Assembly (NCBI GenBank): GCA_010405405.1
Contig: MU004231.1
Coordinates: 3,466,401-3,530,400, forward strand
Reading direction: 5' to 3'
Source of the DNA: Microthyrium microscopicum
Lineage: Eukaryota
Length of the DNA: 64,000 nt
The stretch's first letter is position 1; each line of letters starts with the position of its first letter. Position numbers and translations under genes: made by a program. The notes under the pieces are model-generated. The model had not been told where the DNA came from, did not search any database, and saw nothing but the letters and a program-made list of their open reading frames with translations. Of the stretch, positions 49,832 through 61,143 are shown piece by piece.

Positions 49832-52453
49832 TTACATGTCTTCATGCTCATAGCCCACATCCCCATCGCCATCATTCAAGTCGTCGTTCGGATCGTCGAG
49901 CTCATCCTCACCGCCCTCATCCAGTTCAGCCTCTGCATGAGGGTCGTCGAGTTCAGCCTCGGGTTCAACCTCATGCCCAGCCTCAGCGCCGACTTCCTCA
50001 TCAGCAGGATCATATTCACCAATCTCTTCATCATCGACCTCTACATCGCCTTCGTTGAACTCTTCAATGTCATCATCCGGCTGCGCTGCCTCGACTTCTT
50101 CACCATCGGCGGGTACTTCATCTTCGTCGACAATCTCATCATCTTCATTCCACTCCTCAATTTCTTCACCTTCAGCAGGTTCTTCCACTGGCTCCTCATG
50201 TCCTTCAGTGACGGCTTCATGCTCCTCAGCTGGCGCAGCGTCATGGCTGGCCTCGAGTTGTGAGTCGTGAGGGCCTTTCTCGTCGACCAGTTCGCCATCC
50301 ACTTCAGGATCATACTCAACTACTTCATGCTCCTCTTCAGTGGGCTCGTGGTCGGCAGCTTCGTGGTCTGCTTGCTCGTGTTGACCATCTTGCTCGTGTT
50401 GCTCATCCCCTTCGTGATATTCTTCATCCATGGAAGGATCCCATTCATGAACTTCTTCTGTGCCGTCGTGATGCTCTTCAGTGCCCTCATGGTGCTCTTC
50501 GTGCGATGCAGCTTCAGTGTGAGCGCCATCTTGGCCATTGGCGTGTTCTTGCTCGTCCCTTTGAGCGTCGCCGTTGTCTACGCCTGCATGTCCATTGTTA
50601 TGAGCATCATTTTGAGCATTGTCATCTTGAGCACCGGCATGGCCAGATTTGTGCGCATCTTGAGCGTTATTGTCATTTGAAATATCACGAGACTTGTCCT
50701 CGGGAGAGCTATTGGATCCCCCTTGGTTGCCCGTATTGCTCGATGGTGCAGGGGTCGAGTGGGACGCTGGGGCGGCGGTGGGCATTAAGTTGAATAGACC
50801 TGGTTGTCCGCCTGCGTTCAGCCATGACTGAGCAACAGGTGCTGCAGTAGGGGCTGGCGCTGGTTGCACAGCTGCTGGCTGAGCTGCGGCAGTTAGGACT
50901 GGAGCTGGCGCCTGTGCGGTCGGCTGAACGGCTGCGAGCATGACTGGAGCCTGGCCTGGGACATTGCTGGCAATCATGTACACAGGGGCGCTGGCAGCAG
51001 CTACAACTGGAGCCGCTGGTGCCGCAGCGACGCCGGCCGGGGCAGCAGGTGTAGGAGTGCCAGCGGCAGCGGCAGCGGTGGGAGCCGGTGCTGGAGTGGT
51101 CGTAGCAGCAGCAGCAGCAGCAGCAGGAGTTGGTGGAGCAACGCCATTGATCAAGTTGTTGAATGAGGTCGCAACTCCGGCGGCTCCTTTATTAACAGAA
51201 TCGATGTGATTTGCGACGCCATTGAGTACGGTCCCAATAGTCACGGTCCCTGTGGCAACAGCAACCGCAGCTCCGCCGGCTTTGAGAACGTTGTCCATTG
51301 TAAGGGCGCTTGCTGCTGTTGGCGCTGCTGGGGCCGCGGGAGCTGCTGGTGCGGCATCTGGTGCTTTAGATATGGGATCGGCTGGTTTTGGACCTGGTGC
51401 GGCATCTACTCCTCTTGTTGCAGGAGCTGCTGGCTTTGGAGCTGGAGCATCTACAGATTTGGGGGTAGCTTTAGCGTCCACAGGCTTCGCGGGAGCATTG
51501 GCTTTTGGTGCCACGGCTTCAGCTTTCTTTGGTGCTGTGCCCGCTGCTGGTTTTGCTGCCGGCGGCGTGGCCTTCTTTTCTGTCGGCTGAGCAATCTTTA
51601 CTTGAGTAGTGGCAGGTGCTGATGGAGCAATAGCAGCAGGAGCGACAACAGATTTGGCAGGAACTGGTGTAGTAGTAGCTGTCTTTGCAGCATTGGGACT
51701 CGTCTGAACCAGTATCACCGTGGCAGGAAGTGCTGCCGTTGCAGGCGCTGGAGCAGCAGATGCCGCTGGAGCTGCTGGTGCTACTGGTGCTACTGGTGCT
51801 GCTGGTGCACTTGTAGTAGGCTGTATTTGTTGAAGCGTAACAAGTTGTACTGGAATCGCTGTTGCGGTGGAAGGAGGAACGACTGGTGCGGCTGTCGCGG
51901 CTTTTGCTGCTGGCTTCGGCGCGGCTTTCGCTGCTGGCTTTGGCTTAGGGGCCTCTGACTTCAGAACCACAACGATAGGAGATGTCTTAGAAGCAGTTGC
52001 TGCTGTTGGTTTGGCTGCTGCGGGCTTCGGCGCTGTGCTAGGAGTGGATTTGGGAACATCTTTGGCGGCTCCCGCTGGTGGCGGATTGATGCGTCGCTTC
52101 ATCTTTACCAATGTACCATCTGGTTTCCGTACAGTCACAATTTTGAATTCGGCATCTTTTGGTGCATTTGGTGCCTCTGGTTTCGCGGGAGCGTCAGCGC
52201 TGGCGACTGGACCATCTTGAGCTTTGGCAGGTTCAGTTGATTTGACGGCAAGATCAGTATCAGCTGGCTTTGCTGTTGTAGTTATGCTGTCGGTTTTCTG
52301 CTCGATTGTTTCGACGACTTTGGCTGGAACAGGAGCGTCGTCTTTGATTTCAGTGACAGTAACGGTTGTGGCCTTAACAGCGTCTTTGACTTCGACGGAA
52401 TCGACGCTGGGGGCAGGCACGTCAACGGGCGAAAGTACTGCTGTGGAAGCCAT
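49832..52453 (-). CDS. 873-aa low-complexity protein: Ala/Pro/Lys/Thr-rich body, very acidic His-containing C-terminus, RKPDGT motif
   Basis: Long uninterrupted ORF with no obvious signal peptide; motif FKIVTVRKPDGTLVKMKRR at about 52091-52147. Confidence 0.8.
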   Translation of the reverse strand: MASTAVLSPVDVPAPSVDSVEVKDAVKATTVTVTEIKDDAPVPAKVVETIEQKTDSITTTAKPADTDLAVKSTEPAKAQDGPVASADAPAKPEAPNAPKDAEFKIVTVRKPDGTLVKMKRRINPPPAGAAKDVPKSTPSTAPKPAAAKPTAATASKTSPIVVVLKSEAPKPKPAAKAAPKPAAKAATAAPVVPPSTATAIPVQLVTLQQIQPTTSAPAAPVAPVAPAAPAASAAPAPATAALPATVILVQTSPNAAKTATTTPVPAKSVVAPAAIAPSAPATTQVKIAQPTEKKATPPAAKPAAGTAPKKAEAVAPKANAPAKPVDAKATPKSVDAPAPKPAAPATRGVDAAPGPKPADPISKAPDAAPAAPAAPAAPTAASALTMDNVLKAGGAAVAVATGTVTIGTVLNGVANHIDSVNKGAAGVATSFNNLINGVAPPTPAAAAAAATTTPAPAPTAAAAAGTPTPAAPAGVAAAPAAPVVAAASAPVYMIASNVPGQAPVMLAAVQPTAQAPAPVLTAAAQPAAVQPAPAPTAAPVAQSWLNAGGQPGLFNLMPTAAPASHSTPAPSSNTGNQGGSNSSPEDKSRDISNDNNAQDAHKSGHAGAQDDNAQNDAHNNGHAGVDNGDAQRDEQEHANGQDGAHTEAASHEEHHEGTEEHHDGTEEVHEWDPSMDEEYHEGDEQHEQDGQHEQADHEAADHEPTEEEHEVVEYDPEVDGELVDEKGPHDSQLEASHDAAPAEEHEAVTEGHEEPVEEPAEGEEIEEWNEDDEIVDEDEVPADGEEVEAAQPDDDIEEFNEGDVEVDDEEIGEYDPADEEVGAEAGHEVEPEAELDDPHAEAELDEGGEDELDDPNDDLNDGDGDVGYEHEDM

Positions 52454-53387
52454 GATAGCTGCTGGTAAGATATGATACTTGGGTGACTAGAGCGGATACT
52501 TTGAGTGAGTGTGAGTTTTGGAAAGATTGGTAGCAACTAGCAAGGCCTTGAATTTATCTATGAACTCTATGAAAGCTGCAGAGATACAGCCACCACCCTG
52601 CAAAAGGTCGAATTGGAACTAGAATCAGCAAGCAACACATTGCTAGCGCCATGGCTGATACAGAATCACGAGCAAGACTCTCGATCCCAATTGTGGATTT
52701 GACCAGAATCCTTGAATGGGAGCGAATTGAATGATCTAGCGCCTAGGGTCGGCCTAGCCGGTGTCTGGATGTATAATTTGTCCAAAACCGGATATTGGAC
52801 AGATGTTGTGGCTTTTTAGTCATTTATCATTGCGTGGCTCTCAAACCCAATTGATAACGCAGAGTCCCAGACCTGAAAGCGGTTTAACAAAAGAGACATA
52901 TGGAATATGCACAAGAGACGGGATGGATAAATAGTTCAGGTTGGCACATGCATAAGGCTGAAGCAAAGCTTGATTTAGATTAGCCTGGTTCCTAAATTGA
53001 TCGCTTGACTCTATGTGGTTAGCTTTTCGGGAGATCAACGAATCAGAAAGCTTGATTCGGCAAGACCGTCCGGTTCGGCTCCAGTCCAGATTCCAGGTTT
53101 AGCGATAGACCAAGTGATTGACAGGGGCACGAAAGCCACGATGCGCAACTACAACTGCCTCGACCACTCACGATGCCCAAGCCAAACCTCCTCCAACAAC
53201 AAACAGTGTTGGCTTTCGGTCTGGCCGTACCATCGCGTGCTTTCCTGAATCAAGCTTTTACGCTTAACTACAAGATCAGCTTAACTCGTCAATTAGTTTG
53301 AAAAGGCTTGTTTGGCTTGCTTTAGCCTTGCCCAGCCCACCTATCCGTATCAACTGACAACTCTTTTTTCAGCTCTGGTATTCTTGA

Positions 53388-53444
53388 GAAGAGAAGTCTT
53401 CAGACCCCCCTTCTTTAGACCCCCCGTCCTATAGGGGACCCCAA
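53388..53444 (+). repeat. Left terminal inverted repeat
   Basis: GAAGAGAAGTCTTCAGACCCCCCTTCTTTAGACCCCCCGTCCTATAGGGGACCCCAA. Confidence 0.92.
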
Positions 53445-56400
53445 CGCCTATTTTGGGCGTTTAATAGAGGTAATAGCGTAGCTACTAAATTTATTAGTAG
53501 ACGCTATTTTAGGCCTAATAGGGACGTATTTAATAGTAGAACTAGTAAGATTAAAGGGCAAGATCTTAATTAATTCTTAGCTAGTAGGGATTAATTTAAA
53601 GCTAAGATTTTAGTTAAAATATTAAATTTTAGTATTAAAGTTTAATACTACTATATAGATAGAAATAAAGGAAAGAAGTAATAGTAAAGACAAAGGAAAG
53701 AATAGATTTTAAAGTACCTATAATTCTTTACTATTCTTCTAGGTTATTATAGAAAGGATATAATATAATATTATGCTCTTTTTTACTATATCTTAAATAA
53801 TGCTAATTAATAGGAGTTAGCTTATAATAGCCTATACTTACCTCTTTCTACTTTTTAGTATCTAGGCTCTACGTAACTATAGACTTTAGTAGAATTAGAG
53901 TATTATTATCTATAATTTATAAATTATTAATAGAGATTAATATTATAGTATACTAAGTAGGGGTATTAAAGACTTTGTTATTATTAGTACTATTAAGATA
54001 GGCCTATTATAAATTATTAATAAACTAGAAGTAGTAGATAAAGTTAATTAGATTAATACTAATTCTAGGATCTTAAAGAATAGCAAACGTATATACGTAG
54101 AGGAAGAGATTATCTTACTAGTAATAATAGCTATAGCTATAAGTAGTAACGTTAATATAGTATTTAGCTTTATAATAGTAACCTTTATTATTACTAAAAT
54201 ATATAATAATAGTAGTAACTTTTAAGGTATCTTTAAAGGTATTAAAGTTAATAGTATATTTAGAAGCGTACTTATAGAAATCTTTAAGGTAAACCTTTTC
54301 TTAAGCTATAAAATGTTATATTAAGATCTCTTATCTTTAAGATAATCTTAAAATCTTTAAGTTTATAGCTTATAGCTATTCTATACGCTTCTTTATTACC
54401 TAATTCTAAATATAAATTAATAGTTTAATAAAATACTTATAGTACGCTTTCTTTATTACTAAGTTAGTAATCTTACTAAAATTAGATATAGTATAACTAT
54501 ATTTTAACGTAGAGAAGTATTAAAAGTTTTAAAGAGCTTTATTCCTCTAGGTCTTAATATAGGTCTTAAAGATTAGATTAATCTATAACCTTTCTTAAAT
54601 TACTTAATTATAGTAAACGTTACTATTAGTATAAGTAAGTTAGTATATAAGTTATTTATAAAGCTTATTATAAAAGTGCTTCTTTATATTCTATACTAAA
54701 TAGAAGACATAATAGCTTAGTATAAATTAAGAAAAAGTAGAGAAAATAGTATTCTATAAGTCTTTATTATAATTAGAAATAATTACTATTTAGTAACCTA
54801 TAAATAGGTTAGTTAAAGTAGTAGAAATAGTATAAAGTTATATTATAGTAAAGCTATAGAAAGGTCTTAAAGATATAATATTAATTTAATAGAGTAAATA
54901 GAATAGAATAACTAGCTCTAGAAGAGTCTTAGCGTTATATAATATTAAAATCTTACCTTTAAATATTATATTAACCTTTAGTATTACTATCTTATAGTTC
55001 TTATACTACTATAACTACGTATTATTATTCTTACTCTTAATAATTCTTTATATATAAATAACTAATTTATCCTTAGAATTAAATCTATAGGCTATAATAA
55101 GCTTTAGACTATACCTAATTTAATAATATATAGTATTAAAAGTTAAGTATTTAAGTAAGTACTTCTAAGTTGTTTAACTAATAAAAGAATAAATAAAGAT
55201 ATATTTATAGTACTCCTCTTTAACCTTTAGATACTTTATAATAGTTATAAGATTATAATATATTAACTACGCAAGATAAGAAAGAAATAACTTAAAGTTC
55301 TTCCTAAAGTTGTTTATAAATTTACTAAAAAGCTTATACTTTACTCTAGTAACTTACTAGTTACTTATATTTATACTTATAGTATACTTTAATATTATAA
55401 TAATATTTTTAGGTATAGTTTTAGTAGTAATATACGTATTCTATATAATAATCTACTTTAATATTAGCGTTTAAGATATTTACGCCCTTAATAAAGTAGA
55501 TATAGTAATATAGATATAGTTCTCTATAGAATTTAGCTTTATATAGACCTATACTATATTATTAGTATTTTTTAAGTGCTTCTTTAAGGTTATATATGCG
55601 CGCTATTTATATCTCGTAATAGCATAGTTATAAATCTATTATTTAGTTATATGCCCTAAACTAGTATTCTTCTTTAAATTATACTTCTCTTTTAATACGT
55701 ATAATTATACTTAATTATTAAAGTCTATAAAAGTCTTAAAAACTATACCTTTAAATAGCTTTTAAGGGGCATAAATGCTATAGAATAGCAGGCTAAATTC
55801 TATATTAAAATAGTAAAGATTAGATAAGAATAGGTAAAGTTAAATAGGTAAAGTTAAAAAGCAAAATTTTAGTATTTATTACTAATATTAGATATAGATA
55901 TTTATATATTTATACTAGAATTACTATTAAATACTATTTAGCTATATTTTCTTACTAAATCCTATCTCTTTATAATATTCTAATTAATTTTATAATATTA
56001 ATAGATATTAATAATAATAAAGCTATATTAATAGAGATTTTATAATATTTAGTATAAAATTAAACCTATATTATATATAGATATAATTTAGGTATATTTC
56101 TTTATAGATTCTTATATCTATATTATCTTCTTATATATTTTAGACTTAATATTAAGAGATTTTAACTCTTTACCTTTATAATCCTAAGCAATAATAATAT
56201 TAACGCTAAAGTTAAGATCTCTTAACATCCTATTCTATAAATACTTTAGTAGTATAATTTATTAACAAAAGCTATATTTTAATAGGAAATTTATAAAGCT
56301 ATAGCTATATATATATTAGTATATTTTAGTAAAGTTATTAAGCGTAATTTAGACTTAGAATTTAATGCGTCTAGAATCCTCTAGTAGTAAGTTCTTCCTA

Positions 56401-56500
56401 GTAAAGCCCTTTAATCTTACTATAAGATACTATAGGGTTATATATTTATATAGCGCGCTAGTACTAATTTTTAATAAGGAATATTTAAGGCTAGACGCCT

Positions 56501-56557
56501 TTGGGGTCCCCTGCAGGACGGGGGGTCCAAAGAAGGGGGGTCTAAAAACTTATCCTC
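56501..56557 (-). repeat. Right terminal inverted repeat
   Basis: Reverse complement GAGGATAAGTTTTTAGACCCCCCTTCTTTGGACCCCCCGTCCTGCAGGGGACCCCAA. Confidence 0.92.
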
Positions 56558-57293
56558 TATTCTTGAGGCTCCCACGCACCTGGGACTGGACCAACTGATC
56601 TGCTTTCCAATTACCACTTTAGGATTTTAGGACATGCCATTCCTGACATGGGATGATGGGACCAGAACTTCACGATACTTGCTTCGCCTGCAGCTAGACA
56701 TCGCACTTCGCTCAACCCCGGAGTTGGAATTAGTAAAAGAAATTGTAAGTTCCAACCACCGAGTCATCGACTACATGTTTGCTGGATTGGATTCATGGAT
56801 AGCCATTTTGACATGAGTACGACCCAAAAGTGGACTTGTCGAACCAGTATCTAGGTACATCGCTGTAATGACTTCAATGAAAACGGGGCGTCGTGGACTC
56901 ATGGATTGTCATTCGATATCTCTCATAACGCGTGAATATGAAATAAGAATGTTTTATAATCCCCACTACTGCCTATCTCTCGCCGCCTCTGCAAAGCGCC
57001 ACATGAACTATCATACGCTATGGCCATCTAGAACCTGTCCATCCACTCGGCTGGAGTACATGCATTTGAGGCGTATTGACGATCCGCAGAAAGGGTCCAT
57101 GCAAATGTATATCTACAAATTTCTGCCGAAATCGTTCCGACGCGTCCTCTTTAACAACGCGATTCGACTGGGCCCGCCCACCTCTTCATGCTAAGCTTTT
57201 GGCTGATTTTAACATCCCCCTAGCCAGTCTCTTGACCCTGAGACCAGTTTTGTGATACTCCTGTCAACCAAAGTTGTTAGATTTTGAATCGTC

Positions 57294-60200
57294 ATGGCAT
57301 CTTCTCCAGCTACAGATGCTACTACTAGCATGCCTACATGGCCACTTGGGGAACCTACAACTCCTACAACGCCTTCGACCGAAGCAAAACCAACTCCAAA
57401 AGTAACGACCGCAAAGGTGGCAGCTCGACCACCTCCAGGTTACAAGTTCGCAAAGGTTCGGAAACCGGATGGAACGATCGTTACAGTGAAACGAAAACTT
57501 TCTCCTGAGGAATTAACAGCTGCTGCTACAGCGGCTGCCGCTGTCGCAGAGACACAAGCTCAGAATACTGGAGAAAAGTCAACCGCAAAATCGCCAGTGA
57601 CACCTGATTCTCCAACAATAAAGGAGAGCACGCCAAGCTCTGCCAGTGTCGCCAGTCCTAGTGTCGCCAGTCCCGTAACACGCTCTCCAACACTGACAGT
57701 TCCTGGAAGCCCAATGACTGATAATGGAGAACCATTGTCGCCCGAGATGCAACAAGCCCTCGAGGCTCAAGGATTGCATCATCGAGAGAAGAGAATGTCT
57801 CGTTACCGATCTTCCATGATCCGAGGCCTTACGAACATGGTCGGCCATGCGTTGCCATCAGTCGATATTGGTGACTGGCATCATGGGGACGAACAGGTCG
57901 ATATAAATGATTCGGACAATGACATGGATGATGACGACGATGATAACGATCATACACTCCATGACGAGCATGGGCATGAGGACAATCATTCAAATGAACA
58001 CCACGACCCCGGTGAGTAGAAAACCACTTAATGCCATCCTTGACTAATTCTTGATAGCTGGCGATCAGCATATTCAAATGAAAACGGCTCCGCTTCTCAG
58101 TGCAGCTGCCGCTGGATTAGCAGGACCAGCACCAGGTCCACCACCTCCAATTCCTGCACAGTTAAACAGATCAGCTGCCTCAGAAGCAGATCCGAAGGCT
58201 GCTAATGAGAAAGAAACATATGGCTTGAAGATCAAGGAGCTCACCGAGATCGAACAAAAACGAGAGGATAGAGAAAAGCGATTGAAACATCATTGGGCCA
58301 ATGTGTCATTTTATATAATGGCTAGTCTGAGCATCATTCTTCCTTTGCTATTCCTCAGTAAGTCATTTTATAAGATAATTTCATCAAACAAGTGTAGGAC
58401 TAACGGTATGATAGTTCTCGCTATCTTCATCGGCGCCATGAAAGGCAAATCCGTCAACTCTGGATGGGGCAAACTACCAGATGCGATCATCTTCGCCATT
58501 TCCGCTTGGCCAATTGTGTTTGCTGCTGTAGTGGCTCAAGGTAAGAAATAGAATCATGATAAACCTGTGAATAAAGCTAACGATTCTTAGTGTTCAAATC
58601 CTATGCGACATACAAAGTCGAGAGAGGCATCAAGCTCATGGAACTTGAGCAGCTTATTGGAAGCAACTCATTTGGAGCCGCCATGAAGCAACCATTCCTC
58701 CTCCGTCGACTTGACGTACTTACACTTTTGCTCTTCTTAGTTTGGTGCCTTTCGCCTCTTGGATCACAAGGTTTACAACGTTGCTACAAACGCGAGGTCA
58801 CCATTAAAAACGTTACGGGTCCCGCCATTTCTGATGTATCCAACTTCACCAATCACGTCGCCTACGTTGATATGACTGGTCCTAACCCAATGTTTGGTGG
58901 CAGTGCTGTTACTTTCAGCGATCCAGTCAAAGGCGCGAAATTGCAGCTCATGTCAGCATACTTCGTCTCTGCCTTCTTGCCAAAGTCAGAACGTGACCTT
59001 GAAACGCAGGATAATGGCAACGACCAGGATCGATATGATAACCCTGCTATCTCACTCCCTGACGACAACGTTCCGGATGAGTTTTTCTTCGACGCGCCTT
59101 ACGCTTCCGCATACGGTGTAGCATTCGAATTACCAAACACTACATTCCCTGATTTCAAGCCAGCTGCGGCTGATAGTCATCAGACCAATACAAACATCTA
59201 CACCGACTACAGGACCTTCAACATGTCAGCACCTTATTATAACATCTCCTGTGGAGACTGGAAAATTGTTCATTTCAGCGATATCAAGGCTGACGGATGG
59301 AACTCGGCCGGCAATGATGGTACAATCATGCGAATGCTAGATCCAGACTTCACTGCGAATCAAACAGGCTTCCGTCCCAATTATATTGCTTTCGCTTCAC
59401 ACAATATTCTCCCGACGACATCATCGACAGAGGGAAATGCTCAAGATAACTGGGAGTACTCCATGATCGAATGCAAGTACAACCGGCACATTGTTTTGAA
59501 CGAAGTACAATGCATGCGAAACTCGGCAACTAATTTCGCTCCTTGGTGTTGGAATGACATGACCAACTACACTTCAGTCGATGACGATGACGACTCTGCT
59601 TTGGATGATTTTACAGCCGACTGGCTTGATGGAACATCTGGGCTCGGAAAACCTCTATTGCAATCAGCAAGTAAGTTCAACGTTTCTCGATTTCAATACA
59701 GTTACTAACGAACTATAGTCGAGAAATTCGTCGATGGTGGTATCATTCTAGATGATCCATTTCACAGAGGCGTTAACTTCAGCACATTCAACCTCAGCAA
59801 TTCCACTCCCCCAAAACAGTTCGAATACCTCTTCGGCTATGTCTTCACCACCTGGGTCAATCTAGCCTACTGCCCTGAATGTATTGACGCCGGCGGCTAC
59901 GGCTTCCTTCCTCCAGGTCGATATGACCTCTACAAGAACGTCACCGCCATCCACGAAATCAGCGATGAGGAGTTCAATCTTCGCGTGGGCTGGTATGTCC
60001 TATACCTTGCGTGTACCGTTATTCTACTCGTCGCTGGTATTGTCAGCACGATCTTGGAGTCTCAGACCGTTGCGCCTGACGTTCTAGGATACGTTAGTAC
60101 TGTTGCACGCAACAGCAAGTACCTTCATCTGCCGAAAACGAATTCGGCAATGAATGGTGGTGAGCGTTTACGCAAGATGGGTGGCGTCGAAGTAATGATG

Positions 60201-60296
60201 CAGGATGTTAAAGGAAATGCGGACATTGGCCGTATTGCGCTGGGTATGAAGCATGATCAAGCGAAGAGGTTACAGCCTGATAGACTTTATCGGTAA
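57294..60296 (+). CDS. Multi-pass membrane protein of an uncharacterised fungal family (W-x-LSPLG-x-Q signature) with an N-terminal RKPDGT motif; 5 exons
   Basis: Introns at 58012-58057, 58358-58414, 58541-58590 and 59671-59718 give one frame. It has N-terminal TMs, LEQLIGSNS, VWCLSPLGSQGLQR, a large loop rich in N-x-S/T sequons, a last TM, then PDVLGYVST...RLQPDRLYR*. Confidence 0.8.
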
Positions 60297-61143
60297 TGGT
60301 GGTGTCTGATTTTAAACATACTATTAATCGTAGATGTTCCTCTCGCGTATGTTTGTAATGATAACAACTATCTCAGATTATTTTGAGTAATCTTTGCTTC
60401 CTGAAGCCAATTTTAGCTACTAGCAAATTACTTCGACTTGTCAGCCACTTCAGATTGTGATTCTTCATACCAGGTAGGTTGATACTGACTGTATACTCTA
60501 CATGATCATAACCTTCTCATGACAATGTGCTCTCAGAGCTTACTCTAACTAAACGTACAGTTCAATCGGCAGAATACTCGTGATCTGTTGATATTGAGAT
60601 GGGATCTCAGCAGGAAGAGCATGGAAACTCATGGAAATATACCTGGTTGCCAGTCACAGCCTTACACGTTGAACCAAGGCGTACAAGGCTACAGCAACCC
60701 CCCAGTAAAGATCTGGACCAGTTCTTCAGTCTCAAAATGCTATTGCAATTCTGAATATTGATCATCTCAGATGTGTTGATGTTAAATCTACGAAGGATTT
60801 CATCATGTCAATGTAAGTGACTCGATTGTTTTCAATGGCCCTTGTGCTAAATGTATCAGCATTTTTCCTTGCTCTGATTCGGTCGAGAACGACCAGCGAA
60901 GATTATTACGTGAATTCCTCTTCCGAGTCCATTCAGAGAAAGCGTTCACAAAGTCAAGTTCTTTCGGCAGCTTTGCATTTGAAGCTCACGGTATCTTTGA
61001 TATCACCGAAGAGCTCAACGAAACACGACTTAAGCGACATCTCGAGTGGGGAGACAAAATACGTCCCCCGTCATCCTTTATTTCATTCTTTGATTCACTT
61101 GGTTAATTGACACCATCCCACCATTTCAAGGCCAGAAGCTAAT

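Larger units (their letters stand above)
53388..56557. mobile_element. RIP-degraded class II DNA transposon, probably Mutator-like (MULE)
   Basis: 57-bp TIRs (53388-53444 and 56501-56557, 50/57 identical); 9-bp TSD TATTCTTGA at 53379-53387 and 56558-56566; extremely AT/TpA-rich interior with no credible ORF. Confidence 0.9.

Noticed and set aside
49844..52475. Many plus-strand hydrophobic or Ala/Gly-rich ORFs
   Set aside because: Antisense or alternative-frame shadows of the low-complexity 873-aa gene.
53445..56500. AT-rich block as a possible centromere, NUMT or horizontally acquired DNA; ORF 56365-56598
   Set aside because: The block is bounded exactly by TIRs and a TSD with a RIP-type TpA excess, so a degraded transposon explains it; the ORF is a chance frame across the TIR.
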